This document shows positions 29,560 to 38,015 of a stretch of 64,000 nt of DNA, one piece after another. Made by a program: the position numbers and the translations under genes. Under the pieces are notes generated by a model. It was not told the DNA's origin. It did no database searches and saw only the letters and a list, made by a program, of their open reading frames with translations. Location: assembly GCA_965248835.1 (NCBI GenBank), contig CBDFLJ010000001.1, positions 960,001 through 1,024,000 on the forward strand, in the 5' to 3' direction. The DNA comes from Alphaproteobacteria bacterium (GTDB taxonomy: Bacteria > Pseudomonadota > Alphaproteobacteria > MPNO01). Every line of letters starts with the position of its first letter. Within the stretch, counting starts at the first letter, position 1.

Positions 29560-29964
29560 CGCCGTTCCTCCTCGATTTTGGATTTCGGTCCTCTTAACCC
29601 AGCCCGTCCGCCATGGCCAGCGGCAAAGGGGGCTGCGGGCAATGACGGGGCGTTATCCAGGCGGCGATTCGCCGGGCTCTATGACGGACGGCGGGGACGG
29701 ACGGCGGGTCGGCTGCTGCGCTTGGAGCCAGCTCTCGGCGAGAGCCCGACCATGATCGGCAAATTGCGCGCCATACCCAAGCGCAGACAGCGGCCCGCCA
29801 TGTCCACCTCGCGCGGGACCCCATCCAGACCGCCGCATCACGGATCACCGAGAGCATCGGCGGGAACTTGTCGGGCGGTAACAAGGCGGATTCACCGGAC
29901 AGCGCCGCGGCCGCGCCAACCGAAACGGGTCGATAATATACGGTTTTTATGGAAATATGGGTCT

Positions 29965-30231
29965 ATGAAGACGACCATCGAGCTTCCCGACGTCATGTTC
30001 CGGCAGGCCAAGGCTCTTGCCGCCGCCCGCGGCATCACCTTGAGGCGGTTCTTCACCGAGGCGCTCGAGCAGCAACTCCGGCGCTGCACAAGCGAGAACC
30101 GCACCGGCAACGCGGAACCGCCTTGGATGGCCGGCTTCGGCGCGCTATCCGATCTTTCCGACGAGAACCGCCGCGTCCTCAAGGCGATCGAGGAGGAGTT
30201 CGAGAGGCTCTCCCCCGAAGACCTCGTATGA
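29965..30231 (+). CDS. VapB-like antitoxin (ribbon-helix-helix type)
   Basis: MKTTIELPD...AKALAAARG; acidic C-terminus; ATGA overlap with the PIN gene. Confidence 0.8.
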   Translation: MKTTIELPDVMFRQAKALAAARGITLRRFFTEALEQQLRRCTSENRTGNAEPPWMAGFGALSDLSDENRRVLKAIEEEFERLSPEDLV

Positions 30232-30605
30232 TCCTCGACACCAACGCTCTGTCCGCGTGGGCGGAGGGACGCGCGGCAATCGAGGCCCCTCTTCGCTCGG
30301 CCGAGCGACTGGTCATACCCAGCGTCGTTCTCGGCGAGTACTATTTCGGTATCCGCCAATCGCGTCATCGAAGCCGCTACGAGGAATGGCTTGCCCGCTA
30401 TCTGCCGCTGACCGAAATCGCGGCCGTTACCTCGGCGACGGCGGATGTCTACGCCGACATCCGGCTGAAATTGAAACGGCTGGGCACACCCATACCACCG
30501 AATGACGTCTGGATCGCGGCGCTCGCCCGTCAGCACGCCCTCCCGGTGTTGAGCAACGACGGCCATCTCGACGCCGTCGACGGCGTCAGGCGCATCGCCT
30601 TCTGA
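30228..30605 (+). CDS. vapC: VapC PIN-domain toxin
   Basis: MILDTN, VLGE, IPPNDVWIAA, LSNDGH. Confidence 0.9.
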   Translation: MILDTNALSAWAEGRAAIEAPLRSAERLVIPSVVLGEYYFGIRQSRHRSRYEEWLARYLPLTEIAAVTSATADVYADIRLKLKRLGTPIPPNDVWIAALARQHALPVLSNDGHLDAVDGVRRIAF

Positions 30606-30687
30606 ACCGGACGCGTCTGCGCTTTCATCGCCGGCGCCAGCCGCAGTCGCGGCATCGGCACGTTGGCCAGCCCCTCGACCGAGTCGA

Positions 30688-30810
30688 TCAGGCTGCATTC
30701 GAGGCTCCGGCGGCCGCGGCGAACCGGTCCAAGGTGATCGATACCTTGCCGGTCTCCCGCTTGTGCAGGTGATCCGCCGACGTGCCCAGCCGCCCGGCCA
30801 GCGCCGGCCG
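30688..30810 (-). pseudogene. Possible remnant of an XRE-family HTH regulator
   Basis: ALAGRLGTSADHLHKRETGKVSITLDRFAA resembles XRE helices 2-4; no start codon context. Confidence 0.35.
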
Positions 30811-30888
30811 CCCGCGCGGCGATTGGCTGGGTGGGCGAATCGCGGCATGATGGGCGATGTCGGGGCAGGCGAAAGGGGGCAAACGGGC

Positions 30889-31920
30889 ATGGGCGATGAC
30901 ACGCTGCCGCTGATCGACATTGCGCCCTATCTGAGCGGCGGGGCGCCCGGGAAGGGTTCGGTGGCAGGCGCCGTCGATGCGGCGTGCCGCGAGACCGGGT
31001 TTTTCACCGTCGCCGGGCATGGCGTTCCCGAACCGCTGGTCGCGGAGACCCGCGCGGTTGCGGCCGCGTTCTTCGCCCTGCCGGAGGCGGAAAAGCGCCG
31101 CAGCGCGCCGCCGCCCGAGCGCAAGCTGCCGCGGGGGTTCAGCCCGCTGGGCAACCGCTCGCTGTCCTATACGGGCGCGGTCGAGGCGCCGCCCGACCTG
31201 CAGGAGAGCTTCGCCGTCGGTCCGCTCGGACCCCACGCGGCCGATGCGGCGGGCACGGCGGGCAACGCAGTGGTCGCGGGATTCCACGCGGCCAACATCT
31301 GGCCGGCGCGCCCCGCCGGGTTCGCGGCGACCGTGAGCGTCTATGTCGAGGCGATGGGCGGGCTGGCGCAGACGATCATGGCCGTCTTCGCGACCGCGCT
31401 CGGGATCGAGGAGACGTTCTTCGAGGACAAGATAGACCGCGGCCCGAGCGTCCTGCGGCTGACCCATTACCCGGCCCAGCCCACCGCGCCGCTGCCCGGC
31501 CAGCTACGCAGCGGCGAGCACACCGATTACGGCTCGCTCACCATCCTGCGCGGCGACGACGTGCCGGGCGGGCTGCAGGTCCGGCGGCGCGACGGCATTT
31601 GGACCGAAATCCACCCGGCACCCGGCACGTTCATCTGCAATATCGGCGACATGATGATGCGCTGGACCAACGACCGCTGGACCTCGACGCCGCACCGGGT
31701 GGTCAACCCGCCGCGCGCATTCGCCGGGCGCGACAGGATCTCGCTGGTCTATTTCCACATGCCCAACCACGACGCCGAGATCGCCTGCATCGACCGCAGC
31801 CTCGCACCGGGCGCCGCGCCCTCCTATCCGCCGATCACCTGCGCGGACTATTTCGCCGCCAAGTACCTGCGCTCCGAAGTCCAGCGGCTGGACGTCGACA
31901 CCACGACGGCCAGCGCCTAG
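30889..31920 (+). CDS. Isopenicillin N synthase-family 2OG-Fe(II) oxygenase (paralog of 9501-10508)
   Basis: LPLIDI, GFFTVAGHGV, EHTDYG, PHRVVNP, RISLVYF. Confidence 0.92.
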   Translation: MGDDTLPLIDIAPYLSGGAPGKGSVAGAVDAACRETGFFTVAGHGVPEPLVAETRAVAAAFFALPEAEKRRSAPPPERKLPRGFSPLGNRSLSYTGAVEAPPDLQESFAVGPLGPHAADAAGTAGNAVVAGFHAANIWPARPAGFAATVSVYVEAMGGLAQTIMAVFATALGIEETFFEDKIDRGPSVLRLTHYPAQPTAPLPGQLRSGEHTDYGSLTILRGDDVPGGLQVRRRDGIWTEIHPAPGTFICNIGDMMMRWTNDRWTSTPHRVVNPPRAFAGRDRISLVYFHMPNHDAEIACIDRSLAPGAAPSYPPITCADYFAAKYLRSEVQRLDVDTTTASA

Positions 31921-31930
31921 CCCAAGTTCC

Positions 31931-31965
31931 GGTCCGGTCGCCCGGGTGCAGGGGCGATCAGGACC
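31931..31965. terminator. Imperfect GC hairpin between convergent genes
   Basis: GGTCCGGTCGCCC...GGGCGATCAGGACC; no U-tract. Confidence 0.3.
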
Positions 31966-32003
31966 GCGGCCGGTGCGTTCCGAAAGGCGCTCGACACAGC
32001 GGC

Positions 32004-32306
32004 CTATTCCGCGGCTGGCTGCACCCGGCCGGCGATCGCTTCCCGGAGGCCTTCGAGCAGGCCTTCGAGGTGGGCCATGCGGCGGTCGAGATCACCGACC
32101 CGATCCTCGAGCTTGCCGATGCGGTCGTCGAGCTTGCCGATGCGGTCGTCGAGCCGAGCCTCGAGCTTGCTGATGCGGTCGTCGAGCCGGGTCTCGAGCT
32201 CGCTGATGCGGTCGTTGATCCGGGCCTCGGCGCGAAAGATCGCTCCGCCGAGCAGCCCGGCAAGGGCGACGCCGACCGCGAGAATGGCTATGAGCTCGGG
32301 TGACAT
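32004..32306 (-). CDS. Small membrane-anchored coiled-coil repeat protein
   Basis: N-terminal TM helix followed by RLDDRI(S/G)KL repeats; exact 21-bp tandem duplication at 32107-32148. Confidence 0.75.
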   Translation of the reverse strand: MSPELIAILAVGVALAGLLGGAIFRAEARINDRISELETRLDDRISKLEARLDDRIGKLDDRIGKLEDRVGDLDRRMAHLEGLLEGLREAIAGRVQPAAE

Positions 32307-32506
32307 GCTCGAAGCCTAGCCGGGATCGCCGCGGCAGCCAAGCGGCGATCATCGGTTCTCCGCCCCGATCGATTGGCGCAACGGTGCTCCAGACTCTTGG
32401 GCCGGGCTCACGATCGCCACCGGCAGCCATCGGCGGGGAGGCTTTGGGAGAACCTCTTTTCAGGTGATACTATCGCAGGGTTGGAGAGCGCAGCGGGGCG
32501 GCACCG

Positions 32507-32662
32507 ATGACCGCGAAATTCTCCGAGAATGTCGTCTCCCTCACCGACTCGGAGGTCGAACCCGGCCGTGCGGTCGGGCTTGCGGCGGGCGCATCGCTCG
32601 GCCGCCGCAAGCCCTGCAACGCGCGAGGCGGGCCGGCGCTTCCGGAGGTTAGGCGGAGATGA
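32507..32662 (+). CDS. Putative 51-aa peptide (not in the ORF track)
   Basis: MTAKFSENVVSLTDSEVEPGRAVGLAAGASLGRRKPCNARGGPALPEVRRR*; TGA overlaps the ATG at 32659 (ATGA); TGATACTAT extended -10-like element at about 32465. Confidence 0.45.
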   Translation: MTAKFSENVVSLTDSEVEPGRAVGLAAGASLGRRKPCNARGGPALPEVRRR

Positions 32663-33207
32663 CGGCGTGCCGCCCGCACCACCCGGCCATGGGACGGATC
32701 ATCGCCCGCGCCTGGTCGGAGCCGCAATTCGCCCGGCGCCTGCTTGCCGACCCCGAAGCCGCGCTGTCCGATCTCGGCCTCGCGGTCCCGGCGGGGAAGA
32801 CCGTGCGCGTGTGCGCGAACAGGCCGCGGCTCACCCACATCGTCCTGCCGTCGCCGCGCTACACCGAGACCTTGTCGGCCTATGCTGAGATCAAGGAATT
32901 CGGCGAAGTCTACCGTGACCCGCGGCTCGCGCCGCTGAACTGGGCCAGCCGCGACCCCGTCCTGACGGCAAGGTTGAAGTCCGACCCGAAGGCGGTGCTG
33001 GCCGGCATGGGCGTGACGGTGGCCGAGGCGATGGCGCTCGCGGTGGTGGTCAACACGACCGCGCTGGCCCACCTGGTCGTGCCGGCGCGGCCCGAGGATT
33101 CGGACCTGACCGAGGCGGTCATGGCGCGGATCGCCCAGGGATGGGTCCCGTCTTGCCTTCGCCATGCTGCGCTCGAAGGGCCGGTGCGCTACGATCGTCT
33201 GGTCTGA
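32659..33207 (+). CDS. Protein with two tandem nitrile-hydratase-alpha/NHLP-leader-like domains
   Basis: IIARAWSEPQFARRLLADPEAAL...HIVLP and DPVLTARLKSDPKAVL...HLVVPARP; no CxxCSC; GGAGG RBS. Confidence 0.75.
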   Translation: MTACRPHHPAMGRIIARAWSEPQFARRLLADPEAALSDLGLAVPAGKTVRVCANRPRLTHIVLPSPRYTETLSAYAEIKEFGEVYRDPRLAPLNWASRDPVLTARLKSDPKAVLAGMGVTVAEAMALAVVVNTTALAHLVVPARPEDSDLTEAVMARIAQGWVPSCLRHAALEGPVRYDRLV

Positions 33208-33237
33208 AACCGCCCGCCTCACCGCCGGGACAGCGAG

Positions 33238-33978
33238 ATGGAGACCATCGTATACGGCCATGTCGGCGGCGCGAGCCTGCTCGCCGATATCGCCAGGCCC
33301 GCGGCGGGCGCCCGGCTGCCGGTGATCCTGTCGATCCACGGTGGGCGATGGTATTTCGGAACCCGCAAGGACACCGGCGCGATCGACGTCGATCAATGGG
33401 CCGGGTTCGGCTTCTTCGCGCTCAGCATCGACTATCGGCTGGTCACCTGCACGCCCGCACCGGCGCCCTACCAGGACGTGCTGTGCGCCATCCGCTGGGT
33501 GCATGCCCATGCGCAGGAATTCGATCTCGACCGCGACCGGATTTTCCTGATCGGGATGTCGTCGGGCGGCCACCTGGCCTCGCTCGCGGCGACGCTGGGC
33601 GAGGGCGGCTTCCCGAAGACCGGCGGCTGGGACGACTATCCTGTGCGCTTTCGGGCCGCGGTCTGCGTCTCGGGCGCCTACGATCTCGTCAGCCTGGACT
33701 GGGGCGCCGGATGGGCGCCGCCGGGCGAGCCCTTCCCGGACGCACGGCAATACGCTTCGCCGATCCGCCACGTCGCGCCCGACAACGCACCGCAACTGAT
33801 CCTGCATTCCGACGATGACCCCTCGATCCCGATCGAGCAGGTCCTGCGCATGACCGCGGCGCTCGAAGCGGCCGGGGCGCCGCACAGCTTCCTGCGCTAC
33901 ACCGACCGCGGCCACATGTTCATCACCGAGGAGGTCATCGCGGCCGCGCGCGCGTTCATCGCCGAATGCGCCGCCTGA
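33238..33978 (+). CDS. Alpha/beta hydrolase (HSL/BD-FAE-like esterase)
   Basis: IHGGRW, IDYRL, GMSSGGHLA, HSDDD, GH. Confidence 0.88.
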   Translation: METIVYGHVGGASLLADIARPAAGARLPVILSIHGGRWYFGTRKDTGAIDVDQWAGFGFFALSIDYRLVTCTPAPAPYQDVLCAIRWVHAHAQEFDLDRDRIFLIGMSSGGHLASLAATLGEGGFPKTGGWDDYPVRFRAAVCVSGAYDLVSLDWGAGWAPPGEPFPDARQYASPIRHVAPDNAPQLILHSDDDPSIPIEQVLRMTAALEAAGAPHSFLRYTDRGHMFITEEVIAAARAFIAECAA

Positions 33979-33986
33979 GCCGGCGC

Positions 33987-34082
33987 CTACCGGTAGAGTT
34001 CGACATGAAGGACCGCGACCACCGCCGCCAGGGCCAGCACGATGAACGGCAGGTAGGGCAGCAGGCGGCGGAACAGACGCAT
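33987..34082 (-). CDS. Putative 31-aa single-helix membrane peptide
   Basis: MRLFRRLLPYLPFIVLALAAVVAVLHVELYR*; strongly G/C third positions. Confidence 0.5.
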   Translation of the reverse strand: MRLFRRLLPYLPFIVLALAAVVAVLHVELYR

Positions 34083-34086
34083 CACG

Positions 34087-34133
34087 GGCTCAGGGCTTGA
34101 AGGTCGCAGGTTCGGATTTCATTCCGGCAACCA
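34087..34133 (+). pseudogene. Degenerate 3' half of an initiator tRNA-Met-like gene (att-site remnant)
   Basis: GGCTCA-GGGCT-TGAAGGTCGCAGGTTC-GGATTTCATTCCG-GCAACCA aligns without gaps to the remembered alphaproteobacterial tRNA-fMet 3' half GGCTCA-TAACC-TGAAGGTCGCAGGTTC-AAATCCTGCCCCC-GCAACCA. Confidence 0.6.
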
Positions 34134-34305
34134 CGAAGACCGACATTCCCGGCGCCGGCGTAGAGCGCGGTGCGGGTCATGCGGAAGGGCCTCCTGTCGC
34201 GCGCCGGCCTCCGATGCCGCACGGTTGTCGTTGGCAGCACCGGGCCGCGCGAATTCCGCGCGCGATCTGCCGGCCGAGCACACAGGCGCGCGTCCGAGGG
34301 CGACG

Positions 34306-35565
34306 TCATCGCGCGAACATCACCGCACCGACCTCCTCGATCCGTTCGTCCTCGGTGAAGCGCCAGATGCCGATATGGCCGCGGCGCAGATCGCCGTTCT
34401 CGTCCCAGTCCATGCTGCCGGCGGCGCCCTGGTAATCGATCTCCCCGCCCTGGGCGAGAATGCGGAGCGCGTCGGCGACGCCTTGCGGGCCGGCGGTTAC
34501 CACCGTGCCCGGCCGGCTGCCGATTACCCGCAACCGGTCGCGGATCGCCGCACCGTCCAACCGGCCGGCGGCCTGGGCCGCGAGCGCCAGGGCGATCGCC
34601 GCATCATAGGTCTCCTTGACGTAGGCGAGCACCGGCAGCGCGCCGTACGCGGCCTCATACGCCGCCTCCCATGCGGCGGACGCGGCGCTCTCGGGCGCGG
34701 TCGCGGGCCCGGTGCCGTACATGCCGCCGAGGCGAGCACCGCCGATCGACCGCACCAGGCTCAGCCGCTTGGCGGCGTCGCCGAAGATGAAGCGGTCGTA
34801 TAGGCCGTCGTCGATCGCCTCGCGGACCATGATTCGGGCCGCCGCTTCGAAGGCGATCACCACCGGGGCCTGCGCGCCGCCGCGCGCCGACTCGCGCAGC
34901 TCGGCCAGGAAGCCGGTCTGGCCGCGTTCGACCGGGACGGCCTTGACGACACCGTCCCAGGCGGCTTCAAACGCGCCGGCAAGACCCTGCCCCCAGGCGT
35001 CGTCGACATAGACCAGGCCGACATTGTTGAAGCCTCGCTCGCGCGTGACGCGGGCGAGCACCGGTCCCTGCGAAACGTCGGAAAGGGCGGTTCGAAACAT
35101 GAAGTCGTTGTCGGCGGCCGCGGTCAGTTTCGGGGACGTGGCCGAGAAGCTGGCCGTGGGGATGCCGGCCGGGCCGATCACGCGCTCGGCGATCGGCAAC
35201 GCGTTGACGCTGGCGTTGGGGCCGACGATGGCATGCACGCCCTCGACCGCGACGAGACGCCGCGCTTCCGCGACCGCCGTCTCCGGGCTGGCCGTGGTGT
35301 CGCCGACCGCGACCGCCACGGGCCGGCCGAAAACGCCGCCGCCATCGTTGACATGCTTGATCGCGAGGTCGAACGCCCGCTGCCTGTCCCTGTAGATTTC
35401 GGCCGAGCCGGTGCTGAAATCCATCAGCAGCCCGATCTTGAGGGCGGCGGGCCCGCCCGGCTGCGCCGCCGCCGCGGATGCGCCGGCCAGCAACATGCCG
35501 GCCGCGCCCAGCATCCGGAGCACGCGCGCGCCGGGCGATGTCCCGTTGTGGAACGCGCGGATCAT
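34306..35565 (-). CDS. Branched-chain amino acid (LivK-like) ABC substrate-binding protein, orphan
   Basis: Signal peptide, LKIGLL, VNDGGG, AIVGP, SATSPKLT, FRTALSD, DYQGAAG...DENGD; AGGAGG RBS. Confidence 0.88.
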   Translation of the reverse strand: MIRAFHNGTSPGARVLRMLGAAGMLLAGASAAAAQPGGPAALKIGLLMDFSTGSAEIYRDRQRAFDLAIKHVNDGGGVFGRPVAVAVGDTTASPETAVAEARRLVAVEGVHAIVGPNASVNALPIAERVIGPAGIPTASFSATSPKLTAAADNDFMFRTALSDVSQGPVLARVTRERGFNNVGLVYVDDAWGQGLAGAFEAAWDGVVKAVPVERGQTGFLAELRESARGGAQAPVVIAFEAAARIMVREAIDDGLYDRFIFGDAAKRLSLVRSIGGARLGGMYGTGPATAPESAASAAWEAAYEAAYGALPVLAYVKETYDAAIALALAAQAAGRLDGAAIRDRLRVIGSRPGTVVTAGPQGVADALRILAQGGEIDYQGAAGSMDWDENGDLRRGHIGIWRFTEDERIEEVGAVMFAR

Positions 35566-36433
35566 CGGGAACGTCCTCCTCTCCTGCCATGGCCGCCCGC
35601 GCCTTCGCCGCGCCCCGCGCTCCGTTCTCCTGCCGCCGGCGCGCCCGCCCCCGCAGCGTGACGCTACCGCGGCCGCGCCGGAGAAGTCTTCCGGGTGCTC
35701 GCGCTCGTTTGGGGGCGGCGGCAGCGGCTGTTCGTCCGGCGATCCAGCCACCGTGCGGAACCCCCTGTCGCCGGCAAGCGGAATCGGCCGGCTTTTGTAG
35801 CACCAATCGGCCGCTTCGGTTATCGCTGTCGGCCCGGCCGCCTTGATGATCGCGGAAAGCGACAACACGGCAGCCGACGCTTTGATGAATTTCATCGGCA
35901 GGGAACGGCTGGACGCACTTGGCGGCCTTTCCCCGTTTCTGACCACGCGCGCGTTTTTTCTACTCAAAGAGGCCGATAGATGACAAACGCTCTCGGGACT
36001 CTACGCGTCCGTTTTTCCAAGTCTTGCCGAAAGACCTTAACAAACAAAGCGGCGACATCTCCGCTGCCGTGCCGGCTCCGCGACGCCTGCCGCGATAAAG
36101 TCCGCCTCAGGCGCCCAACGGCGAGCGCAGGACGAATAGGCTGGGCCGGCGGGCCGGGCCGGCCCCTCGGCCAAGAACCGGCGACCGGCATCGGAGAAGG
36201 CTCGGGGCGCCTCCGTAAGTCTATCGAGTCTGTAGAGACCAGGTCGTATCGAGCACAACCCGCACGGCTTCGTCCTGTCCGCCCGCCGTACCGGTCTCCG
36301 GCGGCGAGGCCGATACCGGGTGAATTTCGCCGGAAACTCGCCTACTATGCCGGCCGGCCGCAATGAACGCTGTCACATGCGCGTCGCCGGGGCGAGACAT
36401 CGAACGCGCCGCCGCACCTGATGGGGGAGAGAA

Positions 36434-37468
36434 ATGCACAGGATTGCCAGAATCGCCGCGCCCGCCGCTGCCGCGGGGCTGCTTGCCGCCACGGTGCCGG
36501 CCGCCGCCGAGACCAACATTCTGTTCAACTATTTCGTGCCGCCGAAACACCCGCTCAAGATCGGCATCATCGATCACTGGGCGGAGCGCGTCACCAAGGG
36601 CAGCGAAGGCCGGATCAAGGTCGGCTATCCGGCGAAGACGCTCGCCCCGGCACCCCGCCAGTGGAAGATGGTGACATCGGGCATCGCCGACGCGACCGTG
36701 ATGTTCAACAATTTCGAGCGCAAGCGGTTGTCGCTTGACCAGGTCGGCACCCTGCCGTTCAGCATCACCGACGCGTCATCCACCGCGACCGCGCTGTGGC
36801 GAACCCATAAGAAGTATTTCGAGGCGAAGAACCAATACAAGGGCGTGAAGCTGCTCGGCTACATCATGCATGGCGGCGGCGAGTTCTTCAGCCTCAGGGA
36901 TCCGATCCTGTCACTGGCCGACTTGCGCAAAATGAAGCTGCGCACGCCGCCGGGGGATGTCGCCAAGGCGGTGGGCAGGACCGGCGCGGCGGTCGTCCCG
37001 ACCCCCGGTGTCAAGGCCTATAGCGTGGTCTCGAAAGGGATTGTCGACGGCATGGTCTTCCCCATCGGCGACGTGTGGAAGCTGAAGATGATGCCCTACG
37101 TCAAGCACCTCACGAAAGTGCCGGGCAAGGTCTACGGAGCGGTTTTCTCGCTCTATATGAACCAGAGGGTGTGGGACAAGCTGTCCAAGGCCGACAAGGC
37201 CGTCGTGACGGCCGCCTCGAGAGAGAAGATATCCGGGGATTCCAACAACTGGGGAGACATCGACATGGAGGCCGAGGCGCTGTACCGCAAGCGCGGGATC
37301 GGAGTCCATGACGCATCCGCTTCCTTCACCGCCGAACTCCGGAAGCTGTGGGCTTATCAGGACGAGAAGTGGATCGCGACGGCCGACAAGCTGGGCGTCG
37401 ACGGAAAGGCGGCGCTGGCCTATTACCGAGCCGAGTCGAAGAGGATTTTCACATCGCGCGGCAAGTAG
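36434..37468 (+). CDS. dctP: TRAP transporter substrate-binding protein
   Basis: Signal peptide, SEGRIK, DLRKMKLR, KGIVDG, MNQRVWDKLS. Confidence 0.88.
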   Translation: MHRIARIAAPAAAAGLLAATVPAAAETNILFNYFVPPKHPLKIGIIDHWAERVTKGSEGRIKVGYPAKTLAPAPRQWKMVTSGIADATVMFNNFERKRLSLDQVGTLPFSITDASSTATALWRTHKKYFEAKNQYKGVKLLGYIMHGGGEFFSLRDPILSLADLRKMKLRTPPGDVAKAVGRTGAAVVPTPGVKAYSVVSKGIVDGMVFPIGDVWKLKMMPYVKHLTKVPGKVYGAVFSLYMNQRVWDKLSKADKAVVTAASREKISGDSNNWGDIDMEAEALYRKRGIGVHDASASFTAELRKLWAYQDEKWIATADKLGVDGKAALAYYRAESKRIFTSRGK

Positions 37469-37483
37469 CGCGGTTTCCGGTCC

Positions 37484-38002
37484 ATGTCCGGCGGACCGAG
37501 CGGGTCGGAGGCCGACGAAATCCGGCCCGACGGCTGGTTCGAGGCGTTCCTGATGGTGATCGTCGGTACGACGATTTTCCTGATGATGGCGATCACCTTC
37601 GTCGATGTCGTCGGCCGCTACGGGTTCAATGCGCCGGTTCCGGGCGGCTTCGAGCTGATCGAATTCCTGATGCCGCTGTCGATCTTCGCGGGCTTGCCGA
37701 TCATCACCCGGCGCCGAACCCATATCGTGGTCAGCATCCTGGACAGATGGTTCCGCGGAAGGATCGGCGATGTTCGCCGACTGGTTGTCGATATCGGTTC
37801 CCTCGCGGTTGTGGCCTTCATCGCCGAGCGCTTGTGGAGCCAGGGTGACGGGCTGGCGGAGGCCCAGATCGAGTCCGGTTACCTGGAGTGGCCGGTGGCC
37901 CCCGCCGCATACGCGATCAGTGTCCTGAGCTGCGTCACCTGCGTGGTTCTCGCGCTGATGGTTGCCCGCGACGTGAAGGCGCTGATGGCCCGAGGCGCGT
38001 GA
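37484..38002 (+). CDS. dctQ: TRAP transporter small permease
   Basis: DVVGRYGFNAP, ELIEF, HIVV; 4 TM segments. Confidence 0.88.
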   Translation: MSGGPSGSEADEIRPDGWFEAFLMVIVGTTIFLMMAITFVDVVGRYGFNAPVPGGFELIEFLMPLSIFAGLPIITRRRTHIVVSILDRWFRGRIGDVRRLVVDIGSLAVVAFIAERLWSQGDGLAEAQIESGYLEWPVAPAAYAISVLSCVTCVVLALMVARDVKALMARGA

Positions 38003-38015
38003 CGGAACCCGCGGC

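Noticed and set aside
29560-29940. Short ORFs between the amidase and vapB
   Set aside because: No recognisable motif or RBS; cannot be supported
32659-33207. Functional nitrile hydratase alpha subunit
   Set aside because: Lacks the CxxCSC metal-binding motif, and no beta subunit or activator is nearby
34087-34133. Functional tRNA, or the att duplicate of tRNA-Arg(CCT)
   Set aside because: No 5' half and a broken T-stem; it is inverted relative to tRNA-Arg and its flanks match tRNA-fMet better
35570-35700. Glycine riboswitch upstream of the LivK-like gene (GGAGA...CGAAGGCGC)
   Set aside because: The conserved CTCTCAGG element and tandem aptamer are not present
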